From assembly GCF_004010195.1 (NCBI RefSeq), contig NC_057719.1, forward strand, positions 77,255,339 to 77,319,338: a stretch of 64,000 nucleotides of DNA, given 5' to 3'. Every line of letters starts with the position of its first letter. Position 1 is the first letter of the stretch. A model generated the notes under the pieces. That model searched no databases. It was given only the letters and a program-made list of their open reading frames with translations, and was not told where the DNA came from. The DNA is from Chiloscyllium plagiosum (lineage: Eukaryota). Positions 37,944 through 52,464 of the stretch are shown piece after piece. Position numbers and translations under genes: made by a program.

Positions 37944-40900
37944 ATGGCTAATGACTTGATTAAATTGTGTACCCAGAACATCAAGGGGAATCACTCACCA
38001 ATAAAGAAGAAAAAGGTACTTTCAAGTCTTAGAAAGGAAAAGGTGGATATTGCTTTATTACAGGAGACACACTTGGATGTTAGGGATCATTTGAAACTAC
38101 AGCAGAATCTCTTTGATCAGGATTACTTTTCATCTTTTAATACCAGAAGTAGGGGAATGGCTATGTTGGTTAGGTGGAATCTCCCATTTAATATACTAGA
38201 ATGTGTTAAAGATACACACGGGAGGTTTGTAATCCTCAAAGCCCTTAAAAAGGGGAAGAATATGGTGTTTTAAATGTTCACTGCCCCCCAGCCCATCCCC
38301 TCAAGTTTCCGGTAGATGTGTTTTCTAAATTGATCAGTCTTGAGTCTTGGCACATCATCATAGGGGAGATTTTAATTGTCTTATGGATCCATGGTAGACA
38401 GGTTGCCACAAGGCTCCCCGATACCCTCTGTACAAACTAAACAATTAGTGGATCTGTGTGTGGAGACAGGGTTGGTGGACATTTGGAGGCACCTCCACCC
38501 TACAGGAAAGGATTTTATGTTTTTTCCCAATCCACACAGATTTCACAACAGAATTGATATTTTTCTGACCCCCATAACCACCCTGGACTTGGTGGCATCT
38601 TGTACGATTGGTAATATTACCATCTCTAATCACGCTCCAGTGTACCTGTTGGACGCTACAGTGGGCCCGAGGCACTGATGAATGGATCCCTTTTTCCTTA
38701 AAGATAATAAGTTTGTTGAGTACTTCTCTAAGGAATTTAGGGCATTCCTAGACATTAATTTAGGCTCGGCTAGTAGTCCATCTGTCTTTTGGGAAACTGC
38801 CAAAGCCTATGCCAGTAGGTTAGTTGTTTCTTACTCTGCCAGTAGGAAGCATCAGAAGGGTGAGCAGCAACATCTCCTTGAAGCACGGTTGAATGCAGCC
38901 GAGAAGGTTTACCAAGCTACAGAGTATGAAAGTGCTGTGGTCTGCATTGAATTCCGTGTTCACACAGACAGCAAAGAAGGAGCTTACTTTCGCAAACAAA
39001 GGTTATATGAGCATGGTGATAAACCAGGCAAGTACCTAGCATATCTCGCCAGGAAAAAGAGTGCCTCTCAAGCCATTATGTTGATTAGGAAAGGTGCTAG
39101 GAACCTAACATGTGATTCTAAAAAGATTAATGCGGCATTTCAGAAATTTTACTCTGAACTATACCAGTCTGAGGGTTGTGAGGAGGCACTAGCCAAGATG
39201 GAGTTTTTTTTTCAAGGATCTGGAACTCCTGGGCGTGACCCCCGAATAAGGGTCTTTTCTCAATGCCCCCTTATCAGAGCACGAGGTGTAGGAGGCTGTG
39301 AAGCAGCCTCAGAATGGAAAGGTGCCCAGTCCTGATGGACCCCCCAGTGAATTCTATAAGGAATTTATAAGTATATTGGTAGGCCCGATTCTCAACATGT
39401 TCAATGACTTGTACAGTCATGATCGTCTCCTGCCATCTCTAAGAGAGGCCAATATTTCGCTTATTCTTAAAAAATGGAAGTCCCAGAGGACTGTGCTTCT
39501 TACAGGCCCATTTCATTCTTAAATGTGGACTTTTAAAATCCTCTTTAAGACTCTTGCATTAAGGCTGGGGACTGTGTTATCTTCTATTGTTAAAGAGGAC
39601 CAGGTGGGCTTCTTAAAGGGCCGCAGATCCTCCAATAATGTTAGGAGGCTGCTTAATGTAATTCAAGCATATCAACAACAGTCAATACAGGGATTGGTGA
39701 TTTCTCTAGATGCAGAGAAGGCATTTGACCGAGTTTAGTGGCCATACCATTTTTATACTCTGGAACGGTTTGGCTTGGGCAAAGCCTTTATAAAATGGGT
39801 TAAGCTTCTTTAGAGCAACCCTCTCACTGCTGTCATCACCAATGTAGTATGATCAAGCAATTTTAGAATATTTTAAGGCAGCCAACAGGGTGGTCTCCTT
39901 TCGCCATTGCTTTTTATATTGGTAATTGAACCGTTGGCAGAGGCCATTCTTTGGGATCCCAATATATTGGCTCCAGAAGTGAGGTCAAAATTACATAAGA
40001 TTTTGTTGGATGCGGATGATGTCCTCATTTATTTGTCAAATCCGGCAGTTTTGGAGCCTCGCCTAATACAATGCATCAGCACGTTTGGCACCTTTTCAGG
40101 TTACAAGATTAATTTTGCAAAATCAGAGGCTATGCCTATGGGTGATCTTATGAAGGTGCTAGGTCTTGAGGGCAAATCTCGATTCCCATTTAAGTGGTCA
40201 CCGGGGGAGGGGGGGGTGGGAGGTGGGGGGGAGATGGTTTATATATTTGGGTGTATTCACCGCTCCAGTTCTTGATCAGTTGTTTAAAGCTAATTTTTTT
40301 CAATTATTCAGCAAAATCAAACAAGGCCTTCAAAATACTTCTGGTCTCATGGTTAGGTCGGATTGTGCTTATTAAGATGAATATTCTCCCCGTTTGTTGT
40401 ATCCTTTATGGATGCTCCCAGAGTTTCGATAAGCAAACGTTCAGGAGACTAAACGGATGGTTCAGCTCTTTTATTTGGCATCGTAAGCAGCCCCTTATTA
40501 AATTAGCTAAACTGTAATTTCCTCACAGACTGGGGCATCTCCCGGACATTAAAAACTAACAACTAAGCTAGCTTTTATCTTATGTTAGTGATTGGGCTTG
40601 TGGGGACCCTTTTTCAATATGGTTAGATATCAAAACCTCTCAGGAAAAAAGTGTTCCCTTACTAGCTTGCTGTTTTTGGACAAAATAAGGACAGTTAAGG
40701 AATATTGCCATTACCCAATAGTTATCAATACTGTTAAAGCAATTCAGCAGAGGGAAGGCAATATTGGCAAAACATCTTTTCTTACACCTATAGTGGGTAT
40801 ACCAGATTTTTAACTGCAGATGATGGACTCAGGATTCAAACATTGGGCAGCTAAGTGTGTGTCTTGCATGGGCAATTTATTTGAGTGAGACACAATGATG

Positions 40901-41694
40901 ACTGATCAGTTAGCGCGGAAATATGAGCTATCTAGCAGGGACCTCTTTCATTTTCTCAAGTTAGGAATTTTATTTTTAAAAAAATGACACTTTTGACTGA
41001 TCCCTGCAAATCCGACAGAGAACAGGGTGCTCAATGCTAAAAGTACACTTTCTGTCAGCACTTTATGTCATCAACTGGGGGGGTCCTCAGATGGGTTTGA
41101 TTGACTCTGCAGGGTGTGGGAGAGAGAGCTAGGCATTGAGGTCTCCTCAGAAGCATGGAAGATATTTGGGAAAACGCAAGAAAGATATCAATTTGCAATA
41201 GGGCCCATGCTTCACAGTTGAAGATTCTTCACAGGGTCCACTTGGCTCCAGATAGTTTGTCAAAATTTAAACCAGGAGTATCCTCAACATGCCCCAAGTG
41301 TAAGGTTGGTACGGGCACTCTTACCCATTGTCTCTGGTCCTGTAGTAGGTTTCAAACATACTGGAGCGCAGTGGCAGGTACAATGGAGGGGTGTTTGGGT
41401 ATAAGGGTGGAGAAGGACCCAATCTCTCTTCTTCTTGGCGTGCCCAGTGTATTCCCTACAGAATGTTTCAACATCTTCACTTCCTGCGCAAGAAAGAATA
41501 CCTTGTTCGGTTGGGTGTCCGAAAATCCCCTGGGTCTGTCGGGTTGGTGTAACATTGTTATGGAGCATATCCCCTTGGATTTTCTCACAAGTGTGGTGTA
41601 CCACAAAACTGAGAATTTCTAAACGACATGGTGGCCCTTTTTGGATTACCTGGACACAGATTTGTCTGCCCCACTAATAAAGGCTTTTATGTAG
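37944..41694 (+). pseudogene. L1 ORF2 (endonuclease-RT-CCHC), multiply disrupted
   Basis: Collinear ORF fragments 37926-41622 with frameshifts and stops. YADD is altered to DADD. Confidence 0.88.
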
Positions 41695-42740
41695 CCATAA
41701 CAATTGTGCTTTACGATTCCAATATCCAGGGAGGGGGATCTGCGAACATGAGTTATGTGAAAATTAATGCTCTTGATATTTGAGAGTTAGTGTTTTGTTT
41801 TGTTTTGTTGAGCTGTATTATGATTATTTATTAGTTTGTTGTTAGTTATTATTTATTTAGTTAAGCAGTTAGTTTGGGGTTTTTAATATTTATCTACATT
41901 TATAATTTCTACATGAGGACGGTTTGGGTTTTTAAATGTTTTTGTGTCCTTTCTATGTATTATTTTGAATTGTGTTGTTTTGTATTTGTTATAATATTAA
42001 ACAATCTATTTTTCAATAAAAGTTTTTTTTTAAAAAAACTCCATCAATTACAGACCCAGAGTCCTCGACCTCACCTCATGACACACACTTAATCCCTGGG
42101 ATCATTCTTACAGGCCTCCTCTGGACCTCCTCCAATGCCAACACATCCTTCCTTAGAAATGAGGCCCAAAACTGCTTACAGTGTTCCAAATGTGACCTAA
42201 CACAGCCTCAGAAGTGCATCCCTGCTCTTGTATTTTTAGCCCTCTTTAAATGAATGCTAACTTTGCATTTGCCTTCCTACCTGCCAACTAAACTACGTAT
42301 TAACCTTAAAAGCATCCTGAACTAGGATTCACACGTTCCTTGGTGCTTCAGATTTCTGAAGCCTGTCCCTCTTTAGAAAATAGTTTACGCCGCTATTCTG
42401 CATACCAAAGTACATAACCTCACACTTTTCTATTTTGTATTACATCTGCGAATTATTTTTCCACTCTACCAGCCTGTCCAAGTCCTTCTGCATCTTTCTG
42501 TCTCCCCAACATTACCTGCCTGTTTATCTATCTTTGTGTCAATTCCAACGTAGCAACAATGCTCTCAGTTCCCTCATCCAGATCATGAATATATAATGTG
42601 AATAGTTGTGGTCCCAACACTGACCCCTGCAGAAATTCACTAGTCACTGGCTGCCATCCTGAAAAAGACCCCTTTATTCTCAGCTTCTGCCTTCTAGTCA
42701 GCCAATCCTCTATTAACGCCAGTACCTTTCCCCCAATACC

Positions 42741-43263
42741 CTCTTACACATTGGGGAGACAGAGCGCCAACTTGCAGAATGCTTCAGGGAACATCCCTGG
42801 GACACACGCACCAAACAACCCCACCGCCCTGTGGTTGGCCACCAACTGCCCCTCCCAGTCCACCAAGGAAATGGTTGGCCTCCTCCACCACCAAACCCAA
42901 GCTACCCTCATCTTCCACCTTGGGACCCTCCAAACACACGGCATCAATGTCAAATTCACTAGTTTCCTTATCTCCCCTGCACCCAACTCATCCCAGATCC
43001 AACCCTTTTGAATTGTGCTACGTATCCATCTTCCTTCCCACCTATCTGCTTTACCCACTCCCCGACCTATCACCATCAACCTGTACCTGCATTTACCTGT
43101 CGCCTTCCCAGCTACCTTTCTACCACCCCACCCTCCTATTTTTTTCTCTCAGCCCCCTTCCCCCTCCACATTCCTGAAGAAGGACTTATGCCAGAAGTGT
43201 TGATTCTCCTGTTCCTCGGATGCTGCCTGATCTGCTGTGCTTTTCCAGCGCCACACTTTTCAA
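42741..43263 (+). mobile_element. Penelope-like 3' fragment (YIGET motif to family A tail)
   Basis: TACACATTGGGGAGACAG (Y/HIGET), LIFHLGTLQTHGINVKF, pyrimidine-rich UTR, CTGAAGAAGGACTTATGCC tail. CCCCAATA on both flanks. Confidence 0.8.
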
Positions 43264-44091
43264 CCCCAATATCATGGGCTTTTATTTAGCAGCCTCCTGT
43301 GTGGAACCTTGTCAAAGGCCTTATTGAAATCCAAATAGATCATGTCCACCAGGTCTCTTTTTTCTAGCATGCGCATTACCTCAAAAGAATTCTAAATTTG
43401 TCAGGCATGACCTACTTTGGACAAACCTTTGCTTCCTCAGCACTATTTTACCATGCAAGTACACTGCAATGTCATCCTTAATAATGGACTCTAAAATATA
43501 TGGCTCTTGGTGAGTTTATGATTTACTTTCCCTGTTCTTGAGCTTCAAAACTTTCAACAAAAAAAGTAATTGACTTGAAGATTAACTATTTTGCTTACCA
43601 TAAATGTCATCTAAGTACAATTTGATTTTGGCAAAAGTGCAAATAGTTTCACAAAGACTGCTTTAGTGCAGTTGGTAATGAAAACAGCAGATGGCAGTCT
43701 TTACCTTGTGATGTGAGAACAGGACAAGTGATCTCAGTTTTCTCAATTTTTTTAAAAATCAAGAAATTCAATCTTTTTCAATCAAATGTTGTAAACTTCA
43801 TGCGTGATTTGTTTGTTCTGTTTTCCTGAAAGATTGTTTTAGTTTATTTAATTTCATTAGTTAGATATAAGGCAAAGTTCAATGGTGCCACCCTTTGCAC
43901 TGATTTAAAAGGTTATACAGGTGTAAAGCTATTGTATGTTATATAGTAAGAGTTGAATATTTTATTATACTGCTGTCTCTCTCTCTTTCTCTTTGCTGAC
44001 CTCTATTTTGGGCTGGTAACTGCAGTTGCTTTTGCAATGGCGGATTGCAACTGAGTCTACTGTCAGTACATTACCCAGGAAGTTAGAGATA

Positions 44092-44280
44092 AGAACAAAA
44101 ACAGAAGTTGCTGGAAAAGCAAGGAAGGGTCACCAGAAGGGTCATTGAGGAAGGGTCACCAGACACAAAATGTTAACTCTGACTTCTCTTCACAGATGCT
44201 GCTAGGTCTGCTGAGCTTTTCCAGCAACATCTGTATTTGTTTCTGATTTACAGCATCCACAGTTCTTTCGGTTTTTATTA
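44092..44280. mobile_element. Family D Penelope-like terminal fragment, partly fold-back
   Basis: TGAGGAAGGGTCACCAGACACAAAATGTTAACTCTG..CACAGATGCTGC..TTTTCCAGCAAC; related copies near 44770-45025 and 50385-50525. Confidence 0.6.
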
Positions 44281-44793
44281 ATTTTGACTCAAGGTCATGA
44301 ATGTTTGAAATTAATGGGTTGTCAGAGATTCGGTCTCAGAGAATAGTCTACATTTTGTGTCAGAAGATTTCAGAATATTTCTTAGTAAGAATGGAGACAA
44401 GCACACACTAATACCATAACCTCACCTACCATTAAATGATACCGCAGAAAGAAATTCACAGATTGAGAAGAGACATTTACAGAACTCTACTGAGTGACAA
44501 GCAAGGCTGTAATTCTCACTTTTCCTTCAACACAGGCTAAATAATTTTCTGTTGTCTTCTTGAATAACTTAGAGTCCAAAAACAGTGAAGAAATGGCCAT
44601 ATAGTTTCAATTCAAGATAGTGCAAGACTTGGAGAGAAGTTGTAGATGGTGGTTCGCCCTTGCATCTGTTGAACATGTCCTTCTAGTGAGTTTCTGTCAA
44701 AGGAGCTGTGAGAAGTTCCTGCACTGCATCTTGTAAATGATATGCAATTTGCATCAGTGCACTTTTGACAGGTGACTGGACTCAAAATATTAA

Positions 44794-44918
44794 CTGATGA
44801 AGGGCTTACACTCGAAACATCGACTCTCCTGCTCCTCAGATGCTGCCTGACCAGCTTTACTTTTCCAGCACCACACTTTTTGACTTTGATCTCCAGTATC
44901 TGCAGTCCTCACTTTCCC
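44794..44918 (+). mobile_element. Family A insert starting exactly at CTGATGA, nested in a family D copy
   Basis: TSD CTCAAAATATTAA at 44781-44793 and 44919-44931. Confidence 0.82.
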
Positions 44919-45309
44919 CTCAAAATATTAAGTGTTTTTCTCTCCACACCTGCTGCAAGACATGCTAAATTTCTCTGGCACTTCCTGTTTTTTGTTCCAG
45001 CTTTCCAGCATCTGCAATTCTTTTAGTTCAATGATATTACACCTGTTTGCAGAGCTTCATTCATTCTATTATGTAGCCAGATATCAGGCAATACCCAGAG
45101 TAGCTTAGGTTAATTTATCAGCATTTTTGTTCCAAAACTTTAATTGTCACATAAGTTTGTACATTTAGATTCAAGAAACCAACATAATTCTGGAATGCAA
45201 AATACGTTATGTGCTAAATAAGCATCAAGAAATCTTTTTGTACTTTCTATTTCCCTGACTTGTTCTTCCGAACTGTCCACTTCCCTAGCTAAGATGTTCA
45301 AGTATGGTC

Positions 45310-46860
45310 ATATTGTCGCCAATGTGGAAAGTTGCCAAGTTATGTTCTGTCTTCCAAAATCTAACATGGTCAATTACTGTCCCATCAGTCGACTCTCAAA
45401 TCATCAATTGTGAAAGGAAATGTCGACAGTGCATAGTGCATAGAAATAACCTGCTTATCCCAGCTCAATTTGGTTTCTGCCAGAGCCACTTGGCTCCTCA
45501 CCTCATTCCAACTTTGGTCCAGATAAAAGAGAACTCCAGAGTTTAGCTGAGAGTTACTGCTCTTAACATCAAGGCAGCATTAGACCAAGTATGGCATCAA
45601 AGCGCCCTCGCAAAACTGGAGTAAATAGCAATCAGTGGAAATTCTCTCTGTTGGTTGAAGTTATGCCAGCCAAATGGAGGTGGTTCGGGACAATGTTCTC
45701 TATAAGCTGTGCAGCTGCACATCCGCCCCAACAATCCATGCATGCCAAATGTGTCGTAATGTATGCATTCCAGTTTCTCCAACCACTGCTGTGCACTGAC
45801 CTCAAGAGTCCCCACACTGAATGTAGAGAGAACTAGAGAGAATGTAGATTGCGATTGTTGGAGATCAATCATCACAGCTTCAGGGCATCCCTGGAAAAGT
45901 TTCTCAGGCTAGTATCTTAGGCCTACCAATATTCAGATGCTTCATCGAGGTCTTTCCTTTCATTATAAAGTCAGGTGTGAGGAAATTCTCTGAAGACTGC
46001 ACAATATTCAGCACCATTTGCAATGCCCCTGATACTGAAGAAGCCTGTGTCCAAATGCAGCAAAACATGGACAACATCCAAGCTTGGGCAGATAAATGAT
46101 AAGTAACATTCACACCACACAAGTGCTAAGCAATAACCACCAGCAAGAGAACCTACCCATTGCTCCTATATGTTCAATGGCGTTGTTGTTCCTATATATT
46201 CAAAAGCAATACCATTGCAGATTCCACCACTACTAACTTCTTGAGGATTATCATTTACCATCAACTGAACCATCCATCTCCTACTATGGCTACAAGAGCA
46301 GCCAAGAGGCTCGGAATTCTATTGCAAGTAACTCATCTCCCAGTTCACTAATTCACATTCGCCATCTACAAGATACAGGTCAGGAGTGTTATGGGATACT
46401 CCCATATTCCTGGACGCATACAGCTCCATCACTGTAAGAAAGTTGACACCATCAAGCATAAATCAGCTTGCTTGATTGTGCAGAATGGATAAGATGCCAA
46501 TCATTCTCTTCACCACCAATGCACAATGGCAGCAGTGTGTACCATCCAAAAGGTATACTGCAGCAACTCACCATGGCTACTTCCACAGTACCTTCCTAAT
46601 CTGTGACCTCTACCACCTAAAAGGATAAAGGCAGGACATGTATGAGAACATCACTACTGCAAGTTCCCCTCCAAGCCATGCAGCATCCTGAATTGGAACT
46701 AAACTATTTTTCCTTTGCTGTCATTGTATTAAAATGCTGCCATGTCCTCTGTAACAGCATTGTGGGACAGCAGCAGTTCACGAAGGTAACTCACCATTAC
46801 CTTCTCCAGGATAATTGGGCTGGATCGAGCCAGCAACACCCACATTCCTATGAACAAATG
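45310..46860 (+). mobile_element. Old CR1/L2-group LINE 3' part
   Basis: Decayed NYCPIS, AQFGF, IKAALDQVWHQ, LGLPIF and IYKIQVRSVMGY-type coding remnants, plus 3' tail. Confidence 0.75.
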
Positions 46861-49800
46861 AGAAAAGATTCCTGTGGTATACCAAGATGGTTAACTCTTA
46901 TCTGCTCGGTGAGGTTTTATAGCAAGACTATCAATTGTATCAAGTAAGCAGAAAACCAATGCGTAGCTTTCCAGGGCTAACTGTTGACTATAAATGCTGG
47001 CTTTGCCAGTGATGCACACTTTTGATGTAAAAGCAGAGAATGTTGGGAAACTCTTTGTCGTCTCTACCTTTCTGTCTTAAGTAAGGTTAGGTAAAGTCAT
47101 CATAGGCCCACTTGCTCAAAAGAGAAACAACTGGTAGTGGTTTAACCTGAGGTTCACCACATCTCAGGTGAGGGGAGAAGTTGAGAAGGAGAGTCTTTCA
47201 TAGGATCCTCAGGTAATGTGGGATTTGAATCTACATTTTTGGCATCAATCTGTATTATAAACCCACTGTCCCGTTAACCAAGCCCTTCCGTATTGGTAGG
47301 ACCCTTCGTAAAACATATTTTTTCCTAAGCATTCCCTTTGGTCAACTCTTATATGGCTTGGTGTTAAACCTTGTTCATGGAAAGTGCTTTGTGTACAATG
47401 ATATAAATGGCACTGTATGAATGCAAGTTGTTGTTGTATGCCAGCTCTTGCAGTTCTGCATTTTTATTCTGTGTTTCACATATAGCATGCCTTCTCTTTT
47501 TGTTAACTCATTAATGACCTGAGAGTCATACAGTGAGTGAGGATGCAAGAAAATCTCTGGAGAAATATGTGCTTTCCGCAGGCTGAGCACATGTACAGAA
47601 GGAATGGAAAGGTGGAGTTCGCAAGTTACTTGCATGTGGGATTTCAATTATAGTTCACCAACAACTAATAAAGTATGTATTAAGTGAAGAAGCAGATTGT
47701 TGTTTTTTTAAAAAAGTAACATCTGCTATCCTGCTTCACCATATCTCAACTCTGTTTTTGTATCACCTCTCTCCTAAGGATTTGTAAAAACTCTCATTTG
47801 GGGATCTCCAGATATTGTTAAAGATTTTCAGCCTAATACACTCAATTTACTCCTTTAAAAAGATAGCCAAGAAAAACTTGAGAATTACTTTCCAACACCA
47901 AGAGAAACAGTAAAGCTCAGGTGCCTATAATGGAGCGATGACAGCTACAAGTAGTTAGATTTCATATATAATGCTTTTAGCACAATGGTTACATGCCTGA
48001 CGGTGAGTCAAATATCACTTCCAGCAAAACTCTAGGGATGCAAAACTCACCATAATGTCTCCTTGCTATCAAGGCTGACGAATTCAAGCACTTTAACAAA
48101 GTGTGAGAAAAAGAACTGCAACTCGCAGACATGTTTAGGTCAATGTATTTTTAGAAGCTGTGGATGAATTTTCTTATTTTCCCTAACCCCTTAAAAGCTA
48201 TTAAAGACCTTCCTGCACTGAGGATTAGTATGTGGAGTTGTCACAAAGAATTCTGGCCTCCTCTATTAGGCTCTTGTGGTGCAGTGGTAGTATCACTATC
48301 TCTGAACCAGGGTTGACTCAGATTCAAGTCCTACCTACTCCAGAGCTGTGTAATAATATCTCTGACCAGGCTGATTGGAAAAAAAATCCCTGGCTCCCTT
48401 CACCCAGTTGCCTTGTGCTTTCTTCAGTTTTTGAACCTCTGTGGCAATGCTAACACTGCTGTAAGAAAGACCCTGCAGATTGCTTGGAGTGGAGCTCCCA
48501 GACCCTGAAAGCAGGACCTTGGTAGTTTTCTGAGAATTGCAGGCCCTTTTAATTGCTTCAGCCTGCCGAAGCCAACCTCAAACTGGTATGTTCTCTAACC
48601 CTGACAAGTCCAACACCTAGAGCTCATCCAATATCTGTAGGATACCTTAAAGCCAGAAATGTTGACATGTTTGGGTGCTCAGGCAGCAGGAGTCCTAAGC
48701 CATGAAACCTCCAGAGGAACATTTGCAGACTGTCAAACCTGGTATTAACTTTGTATCTGCTCTGCTATTATCCATACCTTCCCAAAAACGTTTCATAATT
48801 ACATGTATAGCACACTTTGTTTTAGCCCTCACTTTGATAAATTGGCAACAAAGAATCCTGGAATACCAGAAGTTTACTGTATCATCGTGATCTTCGCTAT
48901 GTCTGATTACTCAGTTGAGGGTGCGAGTGAGAAGGCTGTCTGCTGGTAAGCCTTATTAGGGCAACATTGCATTAGTATTCTATTGGTTTATGCTGTAAAT
49001 ACAGTGTAATAGAGACGTGTACATGCCCTGCATTAGGTTTCTATTGCTTAGTATTTTGTTTGCTTTGATTATGTGAACCTCTTGATAATTGGAGTATTTG
49101 ATCAACCAGTACACTGCTCATCCCCTAGGTGGCAGTTAATAAAACTTCTGAATGAGAATTTTCTGGAGTGTGAACTTGGTGGGCACTGATGAGAAAAGTG
49201 GGAGAAATTCAGTCAGAATGAAAAATGTCAGATTCCTGATACCAAGAAAAGCTTTTCTGTTGCTCCCCTGCCAGTTTACAGGAAACAATTATTCTGAGTT
49301 TTGCTAGTGAGTACTACCTTATTTCCAAGCATTGGCATCTCATTTTTAACTAATATTGCCTTATTTTTAAGCAGCTCCCAATTTACCCCTCCTTCCCCAG
49401 AAATCTAGCCAATACCAATTCCCCACATGAACATCCATGCAGTTACCTCAAGACAGGAAATCATTGCTTGCTTCTCCCAGTCTTCACAGAGCTCCAATAC
49501 TACCATCCTATGATTGCATGCTAAAAAAATGTGGTCCTCTTCTAACCTTCATTCACACAAGTGGGCATTGCCAAACCACTAGCTTCACCATATCAAGATA
49601 GCTGCTTCTGGATCAATGTGCACCAAACTTCAGCCCTTCAGCATTTCACTTTGGAGTTCAGGGCCACTTAACACCTTACAAGCTTCTGCAAGGTTGCTTC
49701 CTGCACAGAGAACTCATACAGCTTAAACACAGGCTGCAGCTTATGGCTCTTAGTTTTCTTTCTTAGCACTCACTCACTTTCTTCTGTGTAGGAGAAAAAC

Positions 49801-52464
49801 AAGCCTTCACTTTTTTTTCGAACCACTGAAAAATTAGGAAAACTGAAATATCAAACAGGGTGCAACTAATGAAAGGGCACTACCTCTACTCAGTGTGTGG
49901 TAACCATTATACATAAAGCATTTACTGGAACAAGTATCACTCTGTGCACAGTGGATAAGTAATTAGCTACATCACCACCCTGATGGTAATTTTCCAAGTT
50001 CAGAGGGTGTTAGATTTGTATGCATCAACAGGTAAAGTCATCCTAAAAGTAATAAAGGCAGGTCCTGTTGAGATGGTTATGGAAACATCTCTGACGAGAC
50101 GAATTGTAATCGCGTTTAAGATGCATAACAATCAGTTTGCCATGATCATTTTAACAATTAACAGAATACTTATTGTCATCTCTCTCTCTCTCTCTCTTTC
50201 TGGATCAGTTTCCTGCCGTCTGATGATAATAATATGAGATCTGAGGCTTTGGCTTGGCCATAGTCTTAATGATACATATGACCATTATATTACCCAACCC
50301 GTAGTCCTGAAGTGTCCTAGAATCAGATCTGAAGTTTAGAGTCAGTCAAGAGGCAGACCTAGTAAGTGATATTGACAGTATGGTAAAACAAAAACAAACT
50401 GCAGGTGCTGGAAATCTGAAGCAAAACAGAAAGCTCAACTCTGATGAAATGTTAACTCTGCTCTCCCACCCACAGATATTGCCAGACCTGTTGAGTTTTG
50501 CCAGCAATTTCTGATTTTGTTTCTGACAGTTTGAGTTCCATTCCTGCTCTGGCTGAGATTAACGTGAAGGGGTTGTCTCCTCAACCTCACCCTTTAACCT
50601 GAGGGTCACCACGCATCAGGCAAACTCACCACCAGTTTCTCTAACATGAGAACAATTCTTTGGGACCAAGCTAATTTTATGAATAAATCTGAGTGTCATG
50701 TTCATTTTATAGGAAGTATCACATAACCAAAGTAATTAACTGCAAACCCATTGTGTTTGGTGTACGTCATTAAGATTGCTGTTGGATATAGGTTTTATTT
50801 AGTTAATCAAATTTCCTCTTTTAGGTCACATTGCTTCAACTCTCAAAAATGCCGCAATTAAAATGATCATTGTAACTTCTCATTCTACTGTCATCTGAGA
50901 TCAATACAGAGAAATCAGCTACCTTATATCAGGAATTGTGTTTTATGACAAACAGTGTCTTTAATTAACTAAAAATAATGATTATGGATTTTGAAATAAA
51001 TTATTAGAAGCTATAGAGTTCTTAGAATTACTGAATTAATAAATAATGTTGGAAGGATAGTTTGAGCACAGAAAAAAATGTAAATATTTCTTTGCTAGAC
51101 AGGGCTACCAGTATTGGCTAAGTGCAAAGTTGGGGGAAATCAGTGTCATCTCTTTGGTGGGTTTGGTCGGAAGGAATTGAACTGTAGGTGCAGGTAGAGA
51201 CCTCATTGCTTCCCTACCCCTTACCCCAACTAATTCCATGACAGGACGGCTCATGGATGACCTTCCTGCTTCACTGTCAACTGAGGCTCATAAATGGACA
51301 ATCAGTGGTTAACTCAGGGCCTTATCCTGCTGTCGCCACTGGTATCAACCTAATGATGTCAAGGGAAGACCAAAAATTAAGCTTCTACATTAAAGCTGAG
51401 ACGATATGGTGGAATGACATCAAATGAAGAGGACAAATGAAGCCAAAAGAGACAATGTAATGGGAAGAATGATAATCTGCAATTCCAGATAGAAGTGATC
51501 AAGCAAAACCAATTTATCTTAGCAGAAGCAAGCCTAAAGCTTGAATTAGTAACAGTTGACATGCCAGCAGAGATATACAAAGTTGCGCATACTAATAAGC
51601 CATTGACAGCTGAACAGATCCTAAAAAGATTTCAAATGGTTTTATAGGTCTATGTCTTTCTGAAAACTTGCTGATTAATAACAATAACAGGAGGAAAGTC
51701 TTAGAGTCAGACTGGTCAATGGGCTGGAATTTAATCTAGAAATGTGTAAAGTGATAATTTTGAGAAGTCTAATATGGCAATGGAATACAAGATGAATGGT
51801 AGGACCTTACAGAATTTACTACCACCACTTTATGCAGTCCATTTGAATTTGAGTACGGGATAGTGTGTTTGAGCTGTGGAAGAAAATTCTTCCCTGCAAC
51901 TGCCAATTCAAATATAGCAAGTATATCATCTAGGTATGAGAAACATGTGAGCAGTAGAAGGTTAGGGGTCAAATCATTGCAAATATATTTTATGGAATTA
52001 AAATCAGGAAGTCACATCCATGTGTTCTGGATTGTTGGCAGTAACAAGAATGTTAAGCTGGCTTTTACAGTTCAGTAAGAGTCCAATTAAATTTTCTGAC
52101 TTTTAGAATTGTTATACTGTGCAATAATCACTATGTCCTTCTGCTGTCAAATGTACAATGCTTAATGGTCAACATGGCTGGAAATTCTTCCAGGACTGTC
52201 CCTTCAGTAAAGAAGTCTTAATCAAGTGGAAGGCCTTGCAGAAAATGCCCATCACGACCCAAGTATTTCTGAATTTTTGAAACTGGCATTAATTTTCTTT
52301 GGCAGTGTCATGCTGAATTGTAACTTGAGCACTATTTTGCTTTGTTAAATTATTCATTTCAAAATAGCACCCAAAGCAATTTTATGAAAATAATAAGCTA
52401 CCTGAGGAAACAACATCTCCCAGACATGCAATTGCTGCTTTACAGTAACAATATCAACCATGTC

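Larger units (their letters stand above)
36078..42033 (+). mobile_element. Full-length, inactivated L1-clade LINE
   Basis: TSD AAAAACTCCATCA at 36065-36077 and 42034-42046. ORF1 remnants (DDLENR..KNIRIV, KIMFFQDFS). ORF2 APE (NIKG, LLQETHL, DIWR.LHP, RIDIFL), RT (SLDAEKAFDRV, QG..LSPLLF, DADD) and CPKC..THCLWSC. AATAAA at 42015. Confidence 0.93.
35815..43500 (-). mobile_element. Host CR1 fragment (35815-36077, 42047-42740, 43264-43500) split by the L1 and a Penelope-like insert
   Basis: CR1 tail at 35815. Sequence resumes collinearly after each insert (GPNTDPC antisense to QGSVLGP; CCTTGTCAAAGGCC antisense to KAFDK). Confidence 0.75.
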
